Positions 49,313 to 61,979 are shown, counted from the first letter of the whole stretch. The stretch is 63,871 nucleotides of DNA, filler included, from Octopus bimaculoides (GCF_001194135.2; 7 parts of 7 records of this genome joined end to end with filler, not necessarily neighbours in it), one strand, 5' to 3'. Translations and numbers: made by a program. The notes: a model not told the origin generated them from the sequence alone.

Positions 49313-51130
49313 GCAAACAGAGAGAGGGAGGCAGAGAGACATAGGAAGGGACAGGGCGAAAGAGAGAGAGTGAAATAGAGAAATTAAGAATGCACAGAGA
49401 GAGAAAGACAGACAGAGAAATAGAAGGAGAGGGAAAGGGAGTAGAAATATATAAGCTTAGCATGAAAGGGGAAAGAGTGAGGTAAGAGAATGATAGAATA
49501 TATAATGAGGTGGAGAGAGAGAGAGAGAATGATACATAGGTGTAAAAAGAGAGGGAGAGTGTGACGTAGGGCGGAGAGAGCAAAAGAGGTAGAGGGATAG
49601 TATGATATATGAGGAGGGGAAAGAGTAAGGGAGAGAGGCAGATAGTGAGAGAGAGAGAGGCGGAGAAGGAAACAGAGATGACGTATGAGATATATGCTTT
49701 GTGAAGGAGGGAGAGTATGAGTTGAGAGAGAACAAGGGATGAGGGAGGCGGAGCTAAACAGTGTCAGAGAGAGCGAGAAGGATGAGAGAAGGGCAGTGAA
49801 TGATGTGTGCGTGATAAGAGAGAGAGAGAGTCTATCATGTATTAGAGAAAGGAAGAGGGGTGGGATGATGTATTAATACAGAATAAGGAGGGGGAGAGAG
49901 AAGATTTTCTAAGTGTCCTTCATTTTTATATAAAAGACAAAACCAAACTTTAACATAGTTAGCTGTTATTTCTAGCATCATATTTGATCCCTAAATGGAC
50001 TATACTTCTCCAGAAGCTTCTGAAAGTGTCCTTCATGAACACAATATAAAGTATAGCGGAATGGGCTGTTATTTCTAGCAAGATGCCAGACCACCAATAC
50101 GTTTTATTGACAATTCTTCACTTGGTTTCTCATTCGAGGAAGAAATCTGACCAGATTCGGGAAAAGTTTTATAAATGCTTCTTAAATTGTCTTTCAAATT
50201 TGTATGAAAAACAAGGCACATTTGAGTGTATTGGACGGTTATTTCTAGCATGATGTCAAACCATGTATAGGACGATTCTTTGAATAAATGATTCTTAAAT
50301 TGTCCGTTAATGCCTTGACTATTTAATTTCGTCAATTATGTAATTATGTAATTATGTAATTAACCATTAGTTAAATAATTAGATTCTGGTAAAATAATTA
50401 GCGAGAGAGAAATTTTAATCTGAAAATATAATTTATTTGTAAGAAAATAACGTTTCTTAGGAATAAAAGGAGAGGAAGAGGGAAAGGGTAAGATATAATG
50501 AGGTGGAGGGAGGAGATAGAGAGAGAGAGAGATAGAAAGAAAGAAAATGAGAGAGAGAGAGAGAGAGAAAGAAAGAAAATGAGAGATAGAGGAACCCTTG
50601 GGAAGGGGAAGGATATATTAATGTATGAGGGAGAATAAGAGTGAAAGTGAGAGAGAGAGAGAGACAGACAGAGAGACAGAAAATAAGAGACAGATATGTA
50701 GTTAGTGAGGGAGAGGATGAGGTGAACACTATTGCAAGGGGGTGATTAAAATGAATATTTAATGAGGTTCTGAGAGAAAGGAGACAAAGAGGGAGAATTG
50801 AGTGGATATGTTTTGTAGGCGAGAGAGCTTCGGATCAGAGAGAATATAAGAGAGGGGGAGTGATATAACATTATATATATAGTAAGGGAGAGAAAGTGAG
50901 AGGTGAAGAAGAGAGACAGGGAGAGAGAGAGGGAGAAAGAGAAAGATATTAAAAGAAAATGCTATTTGTGTTTAGTAAGAAAGACTGGGGATATTAAGAG
51001 AGAAAGTAAGAGGAAGATTCTGTAATAAATAATGAGGTGAGAGAGGGAGGAGAAGAGAAAGGGACAGAGAGAGAGGGAGAGAGCGCTTGAGAACGATGAA
51101 TATATTTACTAGTGGAGGAAGAGTGTGAGG
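49240..51130 (+). repeat. Purine-rich (GA)n-derived low-complexity region
   Basis: Long GA runs with recurrent ataatgaggtg motif (about 49502, 50497, 51030). Confidence 0.7.
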
Positions 51131-52879
51131 TAATAAATGAAGCAAGATGGGCGGGGTTAACCATATCATACAAGGTGATGATGGTGGTAATGAGAGGTGT
51201 CAAAAGTGAAAGCGAAAGGGTAATAACTCTTATTGCATCCCATTTTCCTTTGAAACTCTTACTTCCGGTTGTGTTCAATAAAATCTGTTTTTTTTTTTCT
51301 GCGCAGTTTGTGAAGATTTCCAATTATGAGTTACTGTAAATAATAGATCGAAGTGTTTCTAATACATTATCAATAAATATCAAACATTTCTCCTCATCAC
51401 TGCTTCGTGTTTCGTTTCACATCTGACCATTTCGTCTTTTCGCATTTCCGATTCTTACTCTTTAACTTCGCTCTTCTCTGCAATCGTCACACAACAACAG
51501 TTGCTGCTGCACATGCTAGAAACAACAGCCAAATCTCACATGAAGAATGATAAAGTATATAACCATTTTATTGCTTTCTTTTTAATTTCTTAAAAATTGA
51601 TTTAATTTCAATTTTGCCATTTTTACTGGTTTCTGTAATTCGAATGCGGCCAAGCTGGGGCACTTCTTTGATAAAATTTAATCACATGAATCCCACAAGC
51701 AGTTTTTTTTTTCAAATATTTTACGCATGGTATTCNNNNNNNNNNNNNNNNNNNNNNNNNNNNNNNNNNNNNNNNNNNNNNNNNNNNNNNNNNNNNNNNN
51801 NNNNNNNNNNNNNNNNNNNNNNNNNNNNNNNNNNNNNNNNNNNNNNNNNNNNNNNNNNNNNNNNNNNNNNNNNNNNNNNNNNNNNNNNNNNNNNNNNNNN
51901 NNNNNNNNNNNNNNNNNNNNNNNNNNNNNNNNNNNNNNNNNNNNNNNNNNNNNNNNNNNNNNNNNNNNNNNNNNNNNNNNNNNNNNNNNNNNNNNNNNNN
52001 NNNNNNNNNNNNNNNNNNNNNNNNNNNNNNNNNNNNNNNNNNATATGGAGAGGGTGTTCGACAAGCTTCTTTCAGTTTCCGTCAAACAACTCCACTCACA
52101 AGTCTTTGGTCGACCAGAAGATAGAATAGGTGACACCTGGTCAAGGTGCCACGCATTGATAACGAACCTGGAATCATATGGTTGGCAAGCAACCTTCTTA
52201 CCCTACAGTCCTGTCTGTATCTCTGTAATTTCAGATAAAACAATACGAATACATGTTTCTGATAGTTGGACTTTCTGCTCCACATGTATTCATGGACAGA
52301 ATGAGGTGTGAAATATTTCACTCTATTGCCGTAATATCGTTTCCTTCAATTTAGCTGACATCCATCTCGATAATATTTTGTTTTAACAATTCACGCGCTG
52401 AAAGAAAGAATCCAGAAAATTCTGGAAACCAAATAAATTAAAAGTGATTTTCTTTTCCAAGTGAAACATAATCCGAAATTGCTAAGACATAGCTGAGGGT
52501 ACTATGCCTGTTGTTTCTAGCTCAAAGAAGTCATATATGGAGAGAAAGAGAAACATGTCTCCATGGACTTCACCATCTGTATTCAGGATGGGAATAAAGA
52601 AGACAATAAACTTGGTAAGCAACAACAATGTAGATTCGAGGTACCTGGCTGTTATTTCTAGCAATATGTAAGGCCAATCTTTGGAGAATTTTCTTTAAGA
52701 TTCATTTTCAAATGTATTTCACTTTTCTGTAAAACCAAATTTAGTGTACTTGACTCTTATTTCTAGCATAATATGGGGTAATTTCCTCCCCACTACTATC
52801 CATATATATAGTATATAGGAGATGCAGCCTTGCCCCGTTAGCCACCTGGTGGACAATATTGCGAGCATGACCGCAATAT

Positions 52880-53037
52880 TTTGTTTATTCTCTCTCTCTT
52901 TATTTCCTCGTGTTCCTTGCTGATTGGAGTAGGCTCGAAACGTAAAAGACTTTCTCACCTTCCCGAGCGTCAAACTAAAACACCTGCTTGTTGCTTATAC
53001 ACCTGTCTTCGTGTTCTGTTTTTCTGTAAATTTCAAT
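52880..53037 (+). mobile_element. Degenerate Penelope-type pLTR repeat (homolog of 57700-57860)
   Basis: gctcgaaacgtaaaagacttt...ttcccgagcgtca aligns with 57746-57785; hammerhead core eroded. Confidence 0.6.
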
Positions 53038-53137
53038 NNNNNNNNNNNNNNNNNNNNNNNNNNNNNNNNNNNNNNNNNNNNTTAATTAATTAANNNNNNN
53101 NNNNNNNNNNNNNNNNNNNNNNNNNNNNNNNNNNNNN

Positions 53138-53180
<43 letters not shown>

Positions 53181-53309
53181 GTGTGTATGTATGTGTGTGT
53201 TTGTGTGTATAAATATTTATATATATGCATATATACCTGTGTGTGTGTCTGTATCCAAGCACACATACACACATACAAATGTACATCTATAGGTACATAC
53301 CCACACTCT

Positions 53310-54260
53310 TGTAGTGAAGGTCATTGTCGCCTCTGACTGATTGGAGAATGGACAAGACGTAGTCTTATAAAGAATAGAAATCGGTAGTGTGCGTTTTGGT
53401 AGTCTCGCGATGTACGTCGCATAATTTATCTATACCAACCTGTGGAACGATATAAAAGTGGTGACGAGATATTCGAGGTTTGCGTAGAACATCAACATTT
53501 TTATTTTTGATACGAAACCAAGGAAAAATTTATTTAACATGGAAGACTTGTTGTCTCGCGTGGTGCAGTTGCAACAACAACATCAACAACAACAACACCA
53601 ACAGCAGTTACAACAACAACTACAACAACAACAATAATACCAACGGTTACTGTAAGTAAGGTGGAAGTCTGAAAGTACTCCAGGTTCATTCTCGGCGTAG
53701 CAAATTCAGATGGAGAATTTATTTTAAAACCAGAAGGTTGTACTTTTCCTTGTTAGTTTAGAAGATACGAAGAAATCTTCAACGAACAATGTTAAAATTG
53801 GAATGACGAGAAGTAGGTGCGACTAATTTTATGATAATTATCGGCTGCCGATTCCGAAAAATACTTTAACTATATTTTGCCGAAGAAACCTAGTGAGATT
53901 TGTTTCGATGAAATAGTTAATTTTTTTTATCGAGAATTTTCAGTGAAAGAAGTTCCCTGTTCCGTACTCGTTGGCAATGTTGAAATATAGTTAAAAACGA
54001 TGATAAAGATTTCGTCACCTATACTAGGGTCGTTCACAGAGAGTGTGAAAATTTTAAATTAGATGAATTAACCCCGGGTTTGTTCAAATGTCTAATTTTT
54101 GTTCAAGAGTTAACAGCAAGAAATGATGCTGATATACGTTCTGGTATATTAACAAAGTTAGAACAGGACCAAAAATTAACTCTACAGGCAATGGCTGAAG
54201 AATGCTAGAGGATTATAAATTTAACAGATGATGTGGATAAAATTGAAGAAAATGATTCCG
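53310..54260 (+). mobile_element. Ty3/gypsy (Mag/K02A2.6-like) 5' remnant: possible short LTR, PBS-like TGGTGACGAG (53459-68), degenerate gag from 53539
   Basis: MEDLLSRVVQLQQQ.., PEGCTF...RYEEIF, YILPKKPSEICFDE, SLFRTRWQC, RECENFKLDELT...FKCLIFV.EL....DIRS.IL.KLE; many stops. Confidence 0.65.
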
Positions 54261-55380
54261 GGTACCTCTCGTATGTATATTCCAAAATAAAACGCGAATT
54301 ATATCATCTTAACATGTGTATGACTTCAGCTACATTATATTGAGATATTTCTGATATATATATATATATATATATANNNNNNNNNNNNNNNNNNNNNNNN
54401 NNNNNNNNNNNNNNNNNNNNNNNNNNNNNNNNNNNNNNNNNNNNNNNNNNNNNNNNNNNNNNNNNNNNNNNNNNNNNNNNNNNNNNNNNNNNNNNNNNNN
54501 NNNNNNNNNNNNNNNNNNNNNNNNNNNNNNNNNNNNNNNNNNNNNNNNNNNNNNNNNNNNNNNNNNNNNNNNNNNNNNNNNNNNNNNNNNNNNNNNNNNN
54601 NNNNNNNNNNNNNNNNNNNNNNNNNNNNNNNNNNNNNNNNNNNNNNNNNNNNNNNNNNNNNNNNNNNNNNNNNNNNNNNNNNNNNNNNNNNNNNNNNNNN
54701 NNNNNNNNNNNNNNNNNNNNNNNNNNNNNNNNNNNNNNNNNNNNNNNNNNATATATATATATATATATAGAAGTAAGGTCAGTGCACCGATCATACAGGA
54801 AAATTTGTTCCAAAACATGAGCTCACATGAAAAATGTTGCAAACAAAATACCAAACGAAAATTCGCTTATACTCACGCACACACACACACACACAAGCAC
54901 ACACATGGACAAACACACACGTATGAGAAATAAACAAATATTGTTAGTTCAGTCGTTGCTTTTATATCTAAGCAAGATAATATTTAATGGCTGAAAGTAC
55001 ACGACATCTCAACAAGTATACGTTGCTGTAAATATGTCTGTCTCAATATACAAATAGAGGATATTACCTATTCATGGCTGCAGATTTTATATACATCAAT
55101 ATATTCTAGTGTTATACAGATGACAACTGCTGCACATAATGTCATTGCTGTTATACACAATATAGAAATATCAATTTAAATAATATTATATCAATATGTA
55201 GAAATAAAAGAAAACATTTCGATGACCTCGGATATCATTTGTTTACTCGTATACTATGTTGTTGATATAAATATACCGCTAACATATACTAGAATGACTA
55301 TTTTTAGTTAGTGTCATTGAAAACGTTTTGTATCTATCTATCTATCTATCTATCTATCCATCTTTTTCTCTGTCCGTCTG

Positions 55381-55494
<114 letters not shown>

Positions 55495-56159
55495 NNNNNN
55501 NNNNNNNNNNNNNNNNNNNNNNNNNNNNNNNNNNNNNNNNNNNNNNNNNNNNNNNNNNNNNNNNNNNNNNNNNNNNNNNNNNNNNNNNNNNNNNNNNNNN
55601 NNNNNNNNNNNNNNNNNNNNNNNNNNNNNNNNNNNNNNNNNNNNNNNNNNNNNNNNNNNNNNNNNNNNNNNNNNNNNNNNNNNNNNNNNNNNNNNNNNNN
55701 NNNNNNNNNNNNNNNNNNNNNNNNNNNNNNNNNNNNNNNNNNNNNNNNNNNNNNNNNNNNNNNNNNNNNNNNNNNNNNNNNNNNNNNNNNNNNNNNNNNN
55801 NNNNNNNNNNNNNNNNNNNNNNNNNNNNNNNNNNNNNNNNNNNNNNNNNNNNNNNNNNNNNNNNNNNNNNNNNNNNNNNNNNNNNNNNNNNNNNNNNNNN
55901 NNNNNNNNNNNNNNNNNNNNNNNNNNNNNNNNNNNNNNNNNNNNNNNNNNNNNNNNNNNNNNNNNNNNNNNNTATATATACCTTTATTTTATTTTTATTC
56001 TTTTATTCTTCTATTTGTTTCAATCATTTGACTGCGTCCACGCTGGGGCACCGCCTTATTCTTTGTAAGCTTAGTACTTATTCCATCGGTTACTATCCCA
56101 TTGTAACTGTTGAGGAATTAGCAGAGAATCTTGGATTTTGTCATTCACCCAGTCATTCA

Positions 56160-56518
56160 AGTCAGTACTAGAAGAAAAACGACCATCTTTGGTTTCAGGA
56201 CGAAAGGTGTTCTTCCATCCGGATAATGCTCAGCCACATACAGCGAGGATGATATTCCAGAGGCTGGAGCATTTTGAATGGGAAACGATGCCCCACCCGC
56301 CATATTCTCCGGACATTGCTCCATCTGATTATCATTTATTCCGCAGTATTCAAAATCATTTGGACGCTAAAAATATGAATACAGTTGATGAGGTCAGAAC
56401 AGTACTGAAGGAGTAGTTTTCGACACAGATAAGTGAATTTTGGAAGAGGTGTCTAGCAAGTCTACCAGACAGATGGAAGAGCATTGTGGAAAATGAAGGA
56501 GAGTATATTGTAGATTAA
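56160..56518 (+). mobile_element. Mariner transposase 3' fragment (different family from 7336-8636)
   Basis: HPDNAQPH..., HPPYSPDIAPSDYHLFRSIQNHL, RWKSIVENEGEYIVD*. Confidence 0.9.
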
Positions 56519-56685
56519 AAATTAACTTTGTTTATCTTAAGTTTGAAAAGAAAACAAATATTCTTTAAAAAGGCATTATCTATGGGATATATATGTATAT
56601 CTTCTATATTCTCGCTGAAGAGTACTCAACGAAATTATAATTTGTTTCCATTAATACACATATAAATGAGCAAAGAATATAAGAA

Positions 56686-57240
56686 ATGATCAAGCTTAGT
56701 AATAATCTATTAAGCAACAACTACCCCGAAAGCATACTCTCCACTCCAGTAATGAAGAAAAGAGAAGATGAAACCAATAAACTGTCTACAATCTATCTAC
56801 CGTATGTGAAAGGCCTCTCTGAAAAGTTACAAAAGATATGCGGTCCATATAGCATCGGGACAGTATTCAAGAGTAATACAACTCTTCGCAAATATCTCCT
56901 TCGGGTAAAACCAAGAATAGAAGAGAATATGACCAAAAACAGCGTGTACTCCATCCCATGAAGCTGTGGTAGGTTATACAAAGTCGAAACATCTCGCCCC
57001 CTCAAAATAAGGGTAGAGGAACATCGCAAAGCCGTGACATGAGGAGATATTGATAAATCGAGTATAACTGAACATGTATGGAAAAATGGCGACCACCTCC
57101 CTCTGTGGAATGAAGTTGAAATAATAGACAGAGAACACCACTGGAAAATACGAAAACTGAAAGAAGCATCACATATGCTAGGATCGAGTGCAGATATGAA
57201 TAGCATATAGGGACCAGTATTAAGGAAGGATAGGAGAATA
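56686..57240 (+). mobile_element. Penelope-like element ORF 3' end (thumb linker + GIY-YIG endonuclease), pseudogenised
   Basis: IYLPYVKGLSEKLQKIC...VFKS.TTLR..L.RVK, VYSIP*SCGRLYKVETSRPLKIRVEEH (GIY-YIG-like), EHVW, RKLKEA. Confidence 0.85.
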
Positions 57241-57268
57241 TTAGATGTATAAGCTGATAATTTCCCAC

Positions 57269-57530
57269 GGGCATATGGCGTAGTGATTAAGAGCGCGGGT
57301 TACTAACCCCAAGATTCCCAGTTCGATTCCAGGCCGCGACCTTAATAATAACATCGAAAATACCTTAGGAATGAGAACCCAGTTTCGAAATTTCCACAAG
57401 ACACCTGATGAAGGCTGGAGGGCATATCAGCCGAAACGTTGTGTTAACAACAAAGAATTCGGGGACAAATATCCGTCGAATGTAAATAATGTATATAATT
57501 CCCCATCTCTTGAATATAGAATTGTATGTT
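57269..57530 (+). mobile_element. tRNA-headed element with hammerhead-containing tail
   Basis: A box tggcgtagtga (57276), B box gttcgattcc (57321); body and tail match 32687-32948 and 32550-32688. Confidence 0.85.
57400..57445 (+). ncRNA. Minimal type I hammerhead ribozyme (Penelope-type, probably dimer-dependent)
   Basis: Stem I GACAC/GUGUU; core CUGAUGA (57405-11); stem II GGCUG/CAGCC; GAAAC; GUU triplet; palindromic AACGUU in place of a stem III loop. Confidence 0.8.
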
Positions 57531-57725
57531 ACTTTATTATTGAAGTAGAATATTGCAACATAGATACCATCGATACAGAAGCTTCGACAAAGATTTTAAT
57601 GTGTTCTCCGCCAGTGGGATCTAATGTGCATGACAAAGATATATACTTATATAGTTTTCATGATTGACCGTTGACTGAACACTATTCAATTTTTTTTCTC
57701 CGTGTTTTTCTCCTTGTCTCCGTAT

Positions 57726-57762
57726 TCTTTCTGTTGAAGAGCGTAGCTCGAAACGTCAAAGA
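57726..57762 (+). ncRNA. Second minimal hammerhead-like motif with CUGUUGA core variant
   Basis: Stem I UCUUU/AAAGA; CUGUUGA; stem II GAGC-GUA-GCUC; GAAAC-GUC; A6 of the core replaced by U. Confidence 0.55.
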
Positions 57763-58411
57763 CTTTCCGTATTCCCGAGCGTCATACTAATATATCCTTT
57801 TGTTATTTACATCACCTGTCCTCGTCTGTTGTTATTATTTGTATATTCTCCCATATATAGTTTTCAACTTAGATGTATGCATAATATAAAGTGTTATACA
57901 TAACAATATTATTGAAGTTGAACGAGTAGATATTATTCTACTAACATATGAGTTGAAGCTGGCTCTCCAAAATATCACTGAAGCAACCGCTTTCAATGGG
58001 GTATAACGTTTCTGCTATAAAATATACCTCAACGTCCCTTGGATATATCTCGACATCCTTTTATCTTAAAAATGATATTCTCTGCGAAATACTTATTTTG
58101 TTAGCATTTGAAATTCCAATTTCCATCAAGCCTTCTCTCTCTGATTATCAAGTCTGCAAACTGTAATCAATGCTCTACGTTTGTGAAATTCATGTGGCAC
58201 AGTAGATGTTTTTCCGTCGTGAGTGTTATTTAAAAAAAAAAATGTTTTTCATAATTGGGACGATGGTCTTGTTTTTGGTAGAAATCAGCACTAGAAGGAA
58301 TAAAACAATTAACACGTAAGCGTATGTGTATACGTGTCTATGTTTGCATGTATGTGAGTCAATATATACATGTACATTACATTTATAGACGTATATAAAT
58401 ATATGTGTATG

Positions 58412-58451
<40 letters not shown>

Positions 58452-58564
58452 AGAGTGTAAGTCATAATTTAACTTCTGCCTTCCATGCTTGTATGGGATA
58501 GAGAGTTTTACAGCTAAGTGAAGTGGAGCAACGTGAAATAAAGTGACTCAGCCCACGTATACCG

Positions 58565-58705
58565 AGAATAGATATGCACATAATTTTTACGATCCTGTAT
58601 CACCAAATTTATGGCCCAGAAACCCACCAGATTTAAATCCCTTGCACTACTACATTAGCAACATTGTGGAAAGAATGACTAATAAATATCCTCACCTTAT
58701 CAAAA
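58565..58705 (+). mobile_element. Tc1/mariner (maT/DD37D-like) transposase fragment
   Basis: NFYDPVSPNLWPRNPPDLNPLHYY...VERMTNKYPH resembles the WPPNSPDLNPLDY motif. Confidence 0.65.
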
Positions 58706-59076
58706 TTTGTCCGCAAAATATTTGGCAACATCTAGCTACTTGGTAATTTATAGATCGCTATCATCCGCAAATATATCAACAATAATTGTATGTCTTTTCA
58801 TTTCTTGCGTTAGTCTTTTGTCTAACAAGAAATGAAAATGTTTTAATTGGTTTCAAGGAAAGTAATATACCGATCATTAAGAACCCTCAAATAATCCTCG
58901 CAGGCCATATATGTGTTCTTCTGTGCTGTCATTCAGGCATTTACATCGAAACATAGACATATATATTCGCAAGGAAATAAGCGGAAATCCATAAAATTAC
59001 ATTCCCACCCATTCAATACACATAAACGCACTGGCACATATGCGTACACACATACTACAGACAGACACTTGTGTAA

Positions 59077-59132
<56 letters not shown>

Positions 59133-59279
59133 GAACACACTCACGCACACACAAACACGTGTACATAAGCTTGATGAGTACAGGTCAGTGTAGGTGGTAT
59201 ATTTGCAACCTCTTTTCTCCTTTGCCTTGTACCCCGAAGCCTGTTAATGTTGGTTGCAGCCAAATTTTAAATACCACAT

Positions 59280-60050
59280 TGACACAATGACCTCTATTTT
59301 GTTCGAACCAAGGCTGTTCGCTCAAAGGTGCTGTGATCTATCTTTATCACTAAGACGTTACTCTTCAGCTTGTCTTTATATCTGATCCATTGTCGACCAA
59401 CACTCCTGTGCCCACTCTCAAGCTGGCTGTAGATGAGGACTTTGGGGATTCTTTCGTCACTCATTCTGACAGCATGGCCAGCACAGTGCAATTGTGATTG
59501 TATAAGGAAGCTCTCAATTCCACGAATCTAAAGTCGCCCATATGAATAGGTTTATCCCTATGGTGACAACTGGAGTTGACATCACGGAGTTGGTTGTAAA
59601 ATTCATCCTTATCCTCCTCAGTGCTGGCCATGGTTGGGCATAGCAACTGACAAGCGTAGCACGAGTGTTGTGATCAAGTTCCAACTTTAGTGTCATGAGG
59701 CGATCAGAAATACCTTTGGGTAGAGAAAGAACGAATCAAGCTATTTCTGTTTTGATGGCAAAACCAACACCAGAATGTTGCGGTTAGTCTTCATTTCTTC
59801 CACACCAGAAACATATATATCCACCTTTACTTTCTTCTAACTGTGACGATCCTGCAAGACAAATTTCACTGAGTGAAGCTATGTGAATGTTGTATTTCTT
59901 TAGTTCAAGGGCAACCAGTGCTGTTTTTCGTTCTGGTGCCGAGTGAGAGTCTTGGAGAGTGCGCATATTCCAAGAGCCAAGGTTAATATCCTTAGATTTC
60001 TTCGTGTTTGGACCGCGTTACTGAACAACCAGACAACTGCAGTAGGCTGA
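59280..60050 (-). mobile_element. RTE-clade LINE with APE endonuclease joined to the ORF C-terminus (RT deleted)
   Basis: NLGSWNMRTL...ERKTALVALEL.KYNI.IA.LSE, GVGFAI, ISDRLM, YA.TM...DKDEFY.QL...MGDF, then AGHAVRMSDERIPK.L.YSQL..G.R..GRQ..RYKD.LK. Confidence 0.85.
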
Positions 60051-60651
60051 CACGTTAAAAGTGAGAACACACACACACACATGTATGTATGTATGTATGT
60101 ATGTATGTATATATATGTATGCATGTAAGTATGTATGTACGTACGTATGTATGTATGTATGTATGTATGTATATATATATATATATATATNNNNNNNNNN
60201 NNNNNNNNNNNNNNNNNNNNNNNNNNNNNNNNNNTTAATTAATTAANNNNNNNNNNNNNNNNNNNNNNNNNNNNNNNNNNNNNNNNNNNNATCTGGATAA
60301 CGTTTTTTTTATCTGGTGTATATATTCTCGTAAGCATGGCTGTGTGTTTAACATTAGGTGTTGACTCCACTTGATGGAACCTTAGGTAGATGTCATTCTG
60401 TTACAACCTCGAGCTGACCAACGCCTGATGAGAATGGCATTAAGAACGTGTCTGCATCACTGCTGCCGCGAGTCCGAATAGCCACGCATGAGCATCTTGC
60501 AAAATATATTACATGTTACCACAAATACAGTGACATATACGTGCACACATGCGCGCACACACCACACATACACACACATATGAGTAACAAAGCACTCATT
60601 CCGTGTCCTTTATCAGGGTATTATTTTTATGTCATTAGCACGCTGATAATC

Positions 60652-61030
60652 AAGGCGGTGACGTGGCAGAATTGTTAGTAGGACGGACAAAATGCTTAGC
60701 AGCATTTCGTCCGTCTTTGCCCTCTGAATCGAAATTCAGCCGAGACCGACTTTGATTTTAATCCTTTCGAGATCGACAAAATAAGCACCGGGTGAGTATT
60801 TGGGACGATGTAATAGACTTACCTCCGCCTCCTAAATTATTGGCTTTGAGCCAAAATTTGAAACTAATATTACAAAGAAAATCAAGGCAACGAGCTAGCA
60901 GAATGGTTAGCATGCCAGGCAAAATGCCTAGCGGCATTTCATCCGTCTTTACATTCTGCGTTCAAATTCAACCGAGGTCCACTTTACCTTTCGTCCTTTT
61001 GAGGTCGATGAAATAGATACCAGTTCCTTT
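60652..61030 (+). mobile_element. Two tandem family-B SINEs
   Basis: aaggcggtgacgtggcagaattgttag... and aaggcaacgagctagcagaatggttagcatgcc.... Confidence 0.8.
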
Positions 61031-61762
61031 CTTCCAAAATTTCAAACAATATGCTTATAGTATAAATGATCATTACGCAGTAAATCTCCTTATTTTGATT
61101 GCTCTAAATTAAAGTCACGGTATTTGATACCATAAAATAAGCGGGAGTATATTAGTCGCATCCCAATTTCAGCAGCGTATGTTCAGGACGAAACGTTCAT
61201 ATGAGTGTTCCAAATTCTTTGTATTTTTTTTTTTTTAAGATACTTCTTTGGAAAATTGGGGGTCTCATGTAAATAGAGTAAATTGTAAAATTGTAGACAT
61301 TATCTACAATCCAATGGCTGAAATAGTAAAACACAAGAGATTTACGATACTTAGGGAAGAAGTAAAGCCCAATGAAAGATGTCTGAGATTCTAAAAGTTA
61401 AGGCAGGAGCATGAAAAATGAACGAGTGTATGAAGGAAATAAATATAAAATGAAATATAGAAAGAAATGAGAAAAAATATATTTAAAGAAAGATATACAC
61501 AAATAAAAATGAACGAAAGATTAAAAGCGTTACAATAGATTGAGAAACAAGTGCAGGAAAGTAAGAACAAAGAGAGAGTTAGGAAAAGAAATTGAAAGCA
61601 ATAAACTATAAAAAGAAATGAAAGTGGAAGGAAATTAGGAAGAAAATACAGGATGGAGAGAAGTATTAAAGTAAGGCATTATGATACATAAAAAGAGATG
61701 TGATTTGGAAAGGATCGTCTTCAGAGTTTGTAGTATATAAAATTAACGAGAGTTCATCTAGC

Positions 61763-61809
<47 letters not shown>

Positions 61810-61979
61810 AGAGTCCTGCATACTGTGGACTCGATATAAGGACTTATAACGGAATAGAAAATAGAATTCCTTAAAATAACGATTGTCTCCCCTATATTCC
61901 ATATCCTCAGGCGTACATATCTCTAGAAAAAAATATCACTCACAGACTCTCATTCATCGGTTTGTCTCTCTACATCTGT

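Noticed and set aside
47816-49735. 200-270 aa F/L/S-rich membrane-like ORFs
   Set aside because: Stop-free reading of the (TTTC)n strand of the satellite.
50336-50359. Three tandem TTATGTAA D-box (PAR-bZIP) motifs
   Set aside because: Perfect 8-bp slippage repeat in AT-rich DNA with no nearby gene evidence.
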